Assembly: GCA_000091205.1 (NCBI GenBank)
Contig: AP006492.2
DNA length: 64,000 bases
Origin: Cyanidioschyzon merolae
Lineage: Eukaryota
Strand: one strand, 5' to 3'
Within the stretch, counting starts at the first letter, position 1. Every line of letters starts with the position of its first letter. The position numbers and the translations under genes are program-made. Below the pieces are notes generated by a model. That model was not told the DNA's origin and searched no databases. It saw only the letters and a list, made by a program, of their open reading frames with translations. Shown here in pieces: positions 51,850-60,570 of the stretch.

Positions 51850-52750
51850 TAGTTAAGGGGCACAAGAAGAAGGAACTGGTATATATAAGCATCAACGTTG
51901 CGTTCGAACTACTTTGCAAAGCGCGGTGGCGGCGCTCGGACAAGGTTTCTCGATAACAGGAAAGAAATACCGGAAACGTTTATCCGGACGATGGAGACCG
52001 ACGGGATGCCAACCAGCATGCACCTTGCAGCACGTATGCCAGAGTCGAGCAGCCAGACTCATTTCCAACCGTTCAAGGTTGATGAACAAACAGAGACTTT
52101 GTGGTCGGGGTCGATCCGTGTCACTCGGCATCATAGCCGTCTCCGTACCCCTGCATCAAGAGGGCAGTGCTAAAGACCTACAAGGAGAGCAGATAAAGCA
52201 GCTCGAATTTTCCAGTGCTCGATATGATCGGCAGTCGGGCATGGTAGACGCCAGGCGGCATACCGTCCAGAGGAATGGTTGCTCGAGAGCCCATCTCGAC
52301 GCCCTGAGGACGGTGGCGCGCAGAGGGTAACGCTTTGTGCGCCTCATGCAGAGGGGGAGCTCATGAGCGTCAAACTGGCTCCAGCGGACGATCTTTGACA
52401 AGAACGCGTGGTGCCGAGCAGGGCACGCACATGGTGCTGGCTCCGCAGAGGCGAGAAGCTCGTGTTCGCAGACTTTGTGGTTGATGTGGGAAACGAAGTG
52501 ACCGCCCAGTCGGGTCGATTGACGGTAGCCTATAGCGCTGGACCTACTCCAGCTCACAAAGTCTGCAGTGATGCTCGCTCCCGTCGAGAGCTTGCTACAA
52601 GTTCAGGGATTGATTCTGCACGATTTCGACCGACGCATTCACACCGTCATGCACGCAGCACGATCTCGGGTACAGGCTGAAACTTGTCGAGAAGAGGCGA
52701 TTGAATTAGAGACCGTTGCACGAGATGGTGTGCGATACGCTGCTTGAACG
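51850..52750 (+). pseudogene. Degenerate remnant of a third Fanzor/TnpB-like copy (C)
   Basis: Frame-hopping matches to copies A/B: 'FLDNRKEIPETFIRTMETDG' (51930-51990) ~ 'FDFKGIRKSNTEAFAGKIETDG'; 'DFVVGVDP' at 52097-52120; 'LEFSSARYDRQSGMVDARRH' ~ 'LRFSTARFNRESGMIGALRQ'; 'RLTVAYSAGPTP' ~ 'RLVVAYGAGRW'; 'SARFRPTHSHRHARS' ~ 'HEFRTFYTHHELGC'. Confidence 0.55.
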
Positions 52751-54008
52751 CCCGACGGCGAGGCAATCGGAGATGCAGAGACTGCTGTGGTGTGCTTTCA
52801 CCAGCCACAATGTGCTCAGGTTCTTTCTGCATCGCGAGTTGATCGCCTCGATACACATCTGGCAATGTCTCGTGGTTCCGAAGCGCACAGCGGCTGTGTC
52901 GAGCGAACTTTCGGGAAAATCGTCTAGTTCTGCTTGTTGGCATTGCACTGACTGCCTGCAAGCTGTCGGTAAAAGCGCATCGGTGTTCAAGAACTGTCCG
53001 ACTGAATGCCCGCTCGGAGCATAGCGCTGGTACGGTATGGGTGAGCAATCGAGCGAGGCTGAAGCGGCCTGCTCATACAACGGGATCGGTTTCTCGGGGC
53101 AGAGGATGATTGGTAATGGTGTTCGAGTATTCGATCCTATTGGGCATAGGTTGTTGAGAAAATCCATGGGTCGCCCTAATGATCGACGGCAGTTCATGTG
53201 TCTACCTGAAGAAATATTCTGTTAACGCCAAATCTCAGGTGTTCGGTGAACGAAAACTGTTAGCTCTAGCGTGCCCTATAAAAAATGCAGTTTCGAAGTT
53301 TGGCTGAAAGGTTTTGATGCTCCCCCAATTTTCAGGCGTTTGGTGAACCAGAGCTTGTAACTCTTGACATACCCATAGAAAGCAGTGTCTACGGCAGCGT
53401 TATGAGGCAGCGCTTCGGGGACGCATGCGAACGTGCTGTCCCCAGTAGTTACGTAACAAAACGCTCCTGATCGACGTCTACGCGTCAGCACTCGTGCTGA
53501 CGCGACTACCGTCTGCGGCAAGTTTCGGACGACATGCGCATCCTGGATGCCAGCTTGCGAAATCGTTTATCTGCAAGACGTTTAGTTTTCTGAAAGCATC
53601 AGACCGTTTAGGAAGAAAGTGCTGTCACCGAAAGGCGGCGATCATCATGCCTTGCTTTTCGAGCGCGAAAGACTCGGCTCGTTTCGCTCGCCGGACGCGG
53701 GCGACCGTGAGAGGCTCCTCAAACGCATTAAAGCCGCATCACGAAACGTACGTGCGCTTTCGTGCAGGCTCCATGTCTTGGTATTCCAATCAATGCAGCA
53801 CCAACTACACCATCGCTGTCCTTTAAAGTGTAGGGTCGGGGTGAGCGTGACATTCAGCGCAGTATATTCGAATCCCCGACGGATCACCCAGCTTTGAATG
53901 GGGTATCCCGCTGGTGTCAGTTTTCCATAGGTCGCCCTCATCTAGACCCCTGCGAGCGCACGCAAGTAAACCTGCTCTACAAAGAACGTCTACATAGAGT
54001 CGTGAGCC

Positions 54009-55796
54009 CTAGTAAGCAGGATCGTACTGGAGTGCATACGCGTCCGCTGGCGTAAACTGCCCCTGGGACCCAGAGCCCCGCCTGGTGGCCACTCCGGTAC
54101 GCGCTGCCTCATTGGCGATCGCCACCGCAATGTGGGCACTTACGTCGCGTATTTTGCTTAGCGGCGGAAATACGCAACCCTGACGCAGGTCGCTCTCATC
54201 CACAAGTGCAGCCACTGCACTGGCAGCCTCGATAAACATTTCATCTGTGAATCGCGTCGCACCCGCCAGATGGATACCGAATCCGCAGCCAGGAAAGCAA
54301 TAAACGTTATTCGCCTGTCCCGGGACGAAACAGCGCTCCTGAGCATCCCCTCCAGTCTGGATTTTTACCGGGTCAAAGGGCGACCCCGAAGCGAATACAG
54401 CCCGTCCGCCGGTGAACTCGTAGGCCTCACGCGCAGTACATTCACTTTTCGACGTTGGATTTGAGAGCGCAAACACGATCGGCCTTTCATGATTGGCAGC
54501 CATCTGAGCGAGAATATCGGCATCGAAGGCTTTCGGAATGGTGCTCACACCAATCAGCGCAGTTGGTTTCAGCAGTCGAACCGCATCCGCAAGGCCGATC
54601 CGCCGCTGCGGCACCTGCTGCGAAGCCGCTGCGTCAGCGTCTGGCTTGGATGCAGTGGCATCAGAGACACCTTCCATGGCCTCGCCTAACGTCGCCAGCG
54701 TCTCCGTGGCAATGTCCTGCGCATAGCGTTGTTTTTCTTTCGTCACCAGAGCTCGCCCACGGTAGAGTAGACCTTTCGAATCGATGAACCAGCAGCGTTT
54801 CCGCGCTTCCTCCACGGTACCGACAAGGCCCTGTTTCACCATATATAGCGAGATGAGGTCTGCGATTCCGATCCCGGCAGATCCAGCCCCCAGGAAGAGG
54901 AAAACATGTTCAGAAAGGTTGCTCTTGACACCGGGCATCTTCAATGCACCGAGGAGGCCGGCCAAGGCTACTGCAGCAGTGCCCTGGATATCATCGTTGA
55001 AGGAGCAATGGCGGCCACGCCATCGTTCTAGAATTCGAAAAGCATTAGCATTACCAAAGTCCTCCCACTGGATAAGGCAGTTTTCACCCCACTTGTTCTG
55101 CACAGCCTCTACGAATTCGTCGACGAAGGCGTCGTAGTCAGCACCGCGCACGCGTCGACGCAAGAGTCCCGGATACAGGGGATCCTGCAACAGTTCCAAA
55201 TTTTCAGTGCCCACATCAAGCACCACAGGAAGCGTGCGCTGGGGCTCAACGCCACCGCAGGCTACATAAAGGAGTAGTTTTCCGACAGGAATGCCCGCTC
55301 CCGAGGCCCCGAGGTCTCCCAGGCCCAGGATCCGTTCCCCGTCCGTGACAACAATAACCCGAACGTCTTTCTCGGGCCAGTTATCCAGAATCTTCCTAAT
55401 CTTTCCGCGATCCTCGAAGGAAATAAAAAGGCCGCGAGGCGTTTTGAAGATGTGCCCGAAACGTTGACACGCCTCGCCAACTGTTGGGGTGTACACGTAC
55501 GGCATCAGCTCGGTCACGTGATCGATCAACAGACGGAAAAAAAGCGTTTCGTTCCGCTGTAACAGCCAAATGAGTTGCAGGTATCGATCAAGATCAGTCG
55601 CGCAGCGCCCCAGGCTTTCCATGATGCGCTTTTTCTGCGTCTCGATGGTGAGCACGCGAGGCGGTAGGAGACCCTGGAGACCCAGCTCCTCCCGTTCCTG
55701 CAAAGTAAACGCCATACCCCGGTTGTAACGTGGATTCCGAAGCAAATCCAACCCTCTGAGGTGTGTCTGCTCCGCTATTGATGGTGACTTTTTCAT
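54009..55796 (-). CDS. ME: NAD(P)-dependent malic enzyme
   Basis: 'LRNPRYNRGMAFTLQEREELGLQGLLPP', 'VVTDGERILGLGDLGASGAGIPVGKLLLY', 'VFLFLGAGSAGIGIA', 'FALSNPT'. ATG 'MKKSPSI' at 55796 (alternative ATG 55844; ORF-track GTG 55889). Confidence 0.85.
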   Translation of the reverse strand: MKKSPSIAEQTHLRGLDLLRNPRYNRGMAFTLQEREELGLQGLLPPRVLTIETQKKRIMESLGRCATDLDRYLQLIWLLQRNETLFFRLLIDHVTELMPYVYTPTVGEACQRFGHIFKTPRGLFISFEDRGKIRKILDNWPEKDVRVIVVTDGERILGLGDLGASGAGIPVGKLLLYVACGGVEPQRTLPVVLDVGTENLELLQDPLYPGLLRRRVRGADYDAFVDEFVEAVQNKWGENCLIQWEDFGNANAFRILERWRGRHCSFNDDIQGTAAVALAGLLGALKMPGVKSNLSEHVFLFLGAGSAGIGIADLISLYMVKQGLVGTVEEARKRCWFIDSKGLLYRGRALVTKEKQRYAQDIATETLATLGEAMEGVSDATASKPDADAAASQQVPQRRIGLADAVRLLKPTALIGVSTIPKAFDADILAQMAANHERPIVFALSNPTSKSECTAREAYEFTGGRAVFASGSPFDPVKIQTGGDAQERCFVPGQANNVYCFPGCGFGIHLAGATRFTDEMFIEAASAVAALVDESDLRQGCVFPPLSKIRDVSAHIAVAIANEAARTGVATRRGSGSQGQFTPADAYALQYDPAY

Positions 55797-56812
55797 CTGT
55801 TGCGTGAACGTGCGTACAAGGTGGCGTATCCTGAAACCAACCATACGCAGATCCTCAACGAAGGAATGCCCGGCGCGGTTAGTCTGCACCAGCTTACCTA
55901 CGGCAGCCGCTGCAGTAGCTTAGAGAGACGTTGCGTTCTTAACTTGAACGAGGTTCTGCTTCTGTTGCCTGGCAACTTGTCAACCGAATATTCTAGCGAG
56001 GCGCTTGAATTGTTGTTGAGCACTGCACGGAGAGTGGCGGCTTCTTACTGGTGGCGAAGCAGCGCACTTACCTGGACGCTCTTTTGGGACGGTGTCCTAG
56101 ATCAATGCTGAAGCAAGTACCTTGAGTGGGCTGGACTCGCGCACTTGTTGAACGGTACAGTTCGTGACGAGCCTGCTCATTTGGTTGCTACGCTCTGCTG
56201 ACGCCAACGTGCAGCAGGGCTTCGGTCGAGTGCTGCTGGGAAACAAGTGCCTCATTTCGCGGTCTTTTGAGCTGGGTGCTTCGGAAAAAGAACTTGATTC
56301 CGAATACCGTCGACTGCTGGAGAGAAGTTGCTGCTTCGTTTTGCTGTCGTTTGGGAATAGGGCCTAGGAAAGGCGCTTGTTTTCGAAGCCGGTCGACTGC
56401 CTTAAGCAGCGACTGGGCTAGCCCCTGGTTCGAGGCGTGCTTCACTTGGTATACAGGGGCAGCGCCTCAGTGCAGTGCCGTTTTACAAGGTTGGCTGCGT
56501 GTTGCCACGGGCTCGCCCGTACGCAGGACGAGCGCCCTCGTGAGCTCGGCGTGTAGCAAAGTGCTGCGAGTTCGAACAGCAGAGGGGCTGCACCAGCGGG
56601 AGACTCCCGGTAACCAGCTCTAGCGTCGTTTCATTTCTCGAATCTTCTGCCTTCGCACTTGATACTTTTCGATGGGTATAGAAAACGCAAAAGTCAAGCC
56701 AGTGTGAATATTTGAATCGTATTTCGTGGAGTTTTCCTGTCACAGTTCACAGTTTTACGCAGCCCACAAGGCCACGAGGTCGATCGCCTGGCGGCACATC
56801 GCCCTGAGTTTT

Positions 56813-59008
56813 ATGGCTGACATAAGAACGGCATTCCAGCGGGCAAAGCAGGCAGCGGAACTGCAAAATGACAGAGGAGAGCAGCGACAGCTGCTGGTAG
56901 AACAACAACAATGGCGAAACTATAACGGTGCACCGAATACAGTTGTCGCTTGTCCTGTGTGCTCAGAGTTACGCTTTGCCTCATCGATCGAGTCACATCT
57001 AACAGTATGTCTGGAAAGAGCTGTCTCACCTGGGGATGATGCATTGCAGGTCACGCTCGATCGATGCACTCGTCGCCTAAATTGCTCCACAGAGCCGCAT
57101 ATGAGCCAGGTGACAAACACTGTAACGAACCGAGCACTGGAGCACTCAGTGCTGAGAACACTAACAAAGGGACCCTACACGTATCGTCTACTTGCGCTCA
57201 GTGTGCACTGGTGTCTCCAGTTCGAGCGACATCTCTTTTCCGCGGCGGAGTTAGATTACTTATCAGCATTCGTTTCGCTTGCAACTGCTTCACAATGGCT
57301 CTATTCGTGGTTGTTTTTTCGCAAAGGTTTCTCGACGGGCCGCTGGTTTCGAGCCTGCTCACTGCAGACTCGCTACCGAGAGGTTGACGTTGCGAAGGCC
57401 AGCCGAGAACTCATCCAGCATGGCTTCTTGAAGGATAGGCCAGCGTGTACCGATGATTACTTCAGGCTGCTAAAGTCGCTCACGCAAGCAGAGGTCACCA
57501 CTTTGTGCCGAGATCTCGGCCTGCAAAGTGCCTGTATGCTCAAGACGTGCGTCGCTGGGGCCTTGTTTCAAACGAATAAGCAGAAAATTACGCCAGCAAG
57601 GCGGAAGCTAGAAGAAACGATCCTACCTGCAGTTTGCAGTTGCCCCGAGGCCTTGCAGGCGTTGTTGGCCGCGTGGGCAGCGCTGGCACCATTAGGTCTT
57701 GAAAACATGCTGCGCGACGGCCTTGAACTCAAGGATCCATTGCCGCCATGCCTCGTTGAACGGCCGCTCTTTTCATCACGAAGCGCACTCGAGGCTTTTC
57801 AAAGCGCTCGGGAGCTAGAACAATCTTTCGAGCAGATGCTCGGCACCTCGGAGCCGGCTGCACTCGAAATATCCATGACTGCCGAACAGCGGCTTCGTGA
57901 AGCACTGAAAACCAGCGATGAGGCGCTTATCGCGACGCGCGTGACCCGGTATGATCAACTGTGCGACCTACAGCGTCTCTACAGGGAGCCCTACACCACT
58001 GTAGGCGTCTTGGCGAATATTTTGTGGCATTCAGTTTCGGTTGCAGAGTCGCATGGACACTACTTGGATTCAGTTCGCCGCCTCGAACTTCTTCTCAACG
58101 CCAATCTCTGCCTGCGACGTCGCGGCAAGTTCTATGATCGCCTCTCGCTGATCCTCGCGCAGCGCTTAGCTGACCGAGCAGGTGCGTTCCGCGTGTGTCT
58201 TGATTCGCTCTCGGATGCCTTTGTCCGGGATGCGGAGCGCAGCGTTCTCTGGAAACGCGCATCACGCCTTTGTAGGGAACTAGGAGTTGACGTGAGACTT
58301 CCCAACGATCCCGCCTTGTCCATACCTATCCCAGAGCGAGTCCTCCGGGGGCGAGCGCTGCCTGGATCGGGTCGTCGTGGTGGTAGCGTCAAGTTCGCCG
58401 GTTTGGATAACACGCTAGCCATTACTGTGGAGAACCTTGCTTTGCAGTTCTATGAAGCAGAACTCGGCTACACTGGTGCGCACCTCGAAGGTCGCACATT
58501 CGAGGCCTTATTCTTCATCTTCTTCGAAGATATGCTGCGCCTACCGGTTGTCGATGCTTTTCACGTTCCTTGTCAGGCACAGCCTCTTGACTTTGGCACG
58601 GAGATGTTCTACGTGAATCGAGCTGATAACATCCGCAAACGTCTTTTGGAACTGAGTATGCTTTCTGAAAGCGAACTCTCGCAATGGACACGCGAGCAGC
58701 TTCAGCGCAGCGCTATCGAGTCTCGTCGTTGGACGCCAACACAAGCACCGGTTCCCTGGGATGTGATCGTTGCGGGTCTTGGTGCTCAGGGGCTAGTGCA
58801 AATTCTCACACGTCTTGTGACAGACTTGTATTACTGGCGCTCAGGGGCGCCAGACTTGCTATTATGGCGTTCTAGTGGCAAAAGCAGCTGCAAACTTGTC
58901 GAAGTGAAGAGCACCAACGATACGCTTGCACCCAAACAACGCCGCTGGCTACAGGAACTGATTGCTGCCGGCATAGATGTAGAGCTTTGCTTGGTACGTA
59001 ACCACTAA
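56813..59008 (+). CDS. FAN1: FAN1 (Fanconi-associated nuclease 1) homolog: N-terminal UBZ4-type zinc finger + C-terminal VRR-NUC nuclease domain
   Basis: UBZ 'CPVCSELRFASSIESHLTVC' (C-x2-C-x11-H-x3-C). VRR-NUC 'PDLLLWRSSGKSSCKLVEVKSTNDTLAPKQRRWLQELIAAGIDVELCLV' matches the FAN1 nuclease core. First ATG 56813 (ORF-track GTG 56726). Confidence 0.8.
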   Translation: MADIRTAFQRAKQAAELQNDRGEQRQLLVEQQQWRNYNGAPNTVVACPVCSELRFASSIESHLTVCLERAVSPGDDALQVTLDRCTRRLNCSTEPHMSQVTNTVTNRALEHSVLRTLTKGPYTYRLLALSVHWCLQFERHLFSAAELDYLSAFVSLATASQWLYSWLFFRKGFSTGRWFRACSLQTRYREVDVAKASRELIQHGFLKDRPACTDDYFRLLKSLTQAEVTTLCRDLGLQSACMLKTCVAGALFQTNKQKITPARRKLEETILPAVCSCPEALQALLAAWAALAPLGLENMLRDGLELKDPLPPCLVERPLFSSRSALEAFQSARELEQSFEQMLGTSEPAALEISMTAEQRLREALKTSDEALIATRVTRYDQLCDLQRLYREPYTTVGVLANILWHSVSVAESHGHYLDSVRRLELLLNANLCLRRRGKFYDRLSLILAQRLADRAGAFRVCLDSLSDAFVRDAERSVLWKRASRLCRELGVDVRLPNDPALSIPIPERVLRGRALPGSGRRGGSVKFAGLDNTLAITVENLALQFYEAELGYTGAHLEGRTFEALFFIFFEDMLRLPVVDAFHVPCQAQPLDFGTEMFYVNRADNIRKRLLELSMLSESELSQWTREQLQRSAIESRRWTPTQAPVPWDVIVAGLGAQGLVQILTRLVTDLYYWRSGAPDLLLWRSSGKSSCKLVEVKSTNDTLAPKQRRWLQELIAAGIDVELCLVRNH

Positions 59009-59223
59009 AAGCACCATCCATACGCCCAACTGACGCTGCCAATGACAACGATCAAGTTTGCAACGAGGAGAAACGACGACGTAGTGAGCGGATTTTTCGA
59101 CATGTTTGGGAACCTTCACCAATGTCAGCATAAAAAGGCACGGTTCTTCGAACTCGGGCGGGTACACAGATCTTCAGATCTCGCCCTAAATTACATAAAA
59201 AACATCCCTTGTCTGCCCTGGAA

Positions 59224-59940
59224 CGACTGCTTCCATTCCTGTCTCGTATCCGCGGCTGTAACAATGTCGGTCTCATCTGTCTCTCCAGCTCCCTTGTTGG
59301 CAATCAATGGACGTTCATGGCAATGTAGAAAGTGTCGGTTTCGCCACTCGCAGCCGCTGTTGACGCATTTCATGCACAAGCGCGAGTTGCCACCTACACG
59401 TCGCTCGCTACAGTCAGCTCATTCGTATACAGCGTCGGTGTGCGCTTTGCAGCGGTCACACTTGACACTGGACAGGTCTTCCCTTACGTCCAGCATACAC
59501 GCTCGTCCGAAGGCTACTTTGCAGTGCGTACACGATTGTTGCAACGCTCAGTACACGTCGTCCGGGGGTACCTGGGGCCATCCTCGATGACGACCCCGGT
59601 TTCCGTGTTCGTGAACGCCCACTACGATGACGGGTTTCTCTTGGGGATGATGGCCCCAAATAGGGGATGACTTTTTTTTTCGAGCGGAACTGATTACTGG
59701 GCTTGACCAGGTTCAGTAAGCTTATGGAATGAGCTTGTGCGAATGCCATCAAGAAACGGTGTCGACTACTTTTCCACCTCAGTCCGCTGGCGCGAATCAC
59801 TGCACCCACGGGTGCCTTGAAACAGAAACATCGAAAACATGCAAGACGCGTGATGCGAGCATGCACTATGTGACAAAACAAAAATAATGCATTCTTTTGC
59901 GTATGAATTCGATGGTCGCGGCTGTTATTTCATGAACCTT
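59224..59940 (+). repeat. Right copy of the inverted repeat pair (see 45100-45812)
   Basis: ~97% identical to reverse complement of 45250-45812; 216 bp downstream of the FAN1 stop. Confidence 0.75.
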
Positions 59941-60570
59941 GCCCTAGAGCGCAGCGAACCATATCGATTTCGATTACGTACCGAGTTCCTGTAACAAAGC
60001 GTCAAAGGAGTGACTCCGAAAAGGCAACTCAGCACCAGGAAACTACGTATGAATCCTGAAGCGCTTCTTGCCATCGTTCGAGTGCCGGGGCTGCACATCT
60101 AGAAAACGGTCGGAAAAGCATGCAAAGTACGATCACAGCAGGAAGGTCAGAGTTTCATTTCAATCAAACATGGTTGCAGCTCGAAAGTCCAGGTGCTTCG
60201 CCGAACCCAGCTCGGCTCTTTGGCACAGACTGCTGGGGAGAGAGCTTCGCTTAACGACACCTGGTCAGGCTCTGGATCGAGGATATTGTTGTCTTCAGCG
60301 ATCCCATGTTTCTAGACAACTTCCCGTTTACGTCTGTTCTTTGCGATCCTCTCATGTACCTTTATAATCGAAAATCATCATGTTTAGGATGTGTGCCTTG
60401 CCGCAAGCGAGCCTACAGCATCAATGCCAACATCGGGTGCGTGTCAACGCGTTCGCTGCTTTTGTATGCGGCGCCGAGTCAACTTCGACAAAGCCTTAGC
60501 GTTCTGTGATCGCTAGATAGACACCCGTCCCCAAATGTTCTTGGCCTGCTTGTTCGTTCGCGACAAAATA

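Noticed and set aside
45100-59940. Whole 14.8-kb IR-bounded block as a single giant TIR transposon carrying cargo
   Set aside because: Cargo is ordinary single-copy housekeeping genes (malic enzyme, AFG1, FAN1, patatin lipase) on mixed strands. Two insertions of a small repeat, or an inversion substrate, are more parsimonious.
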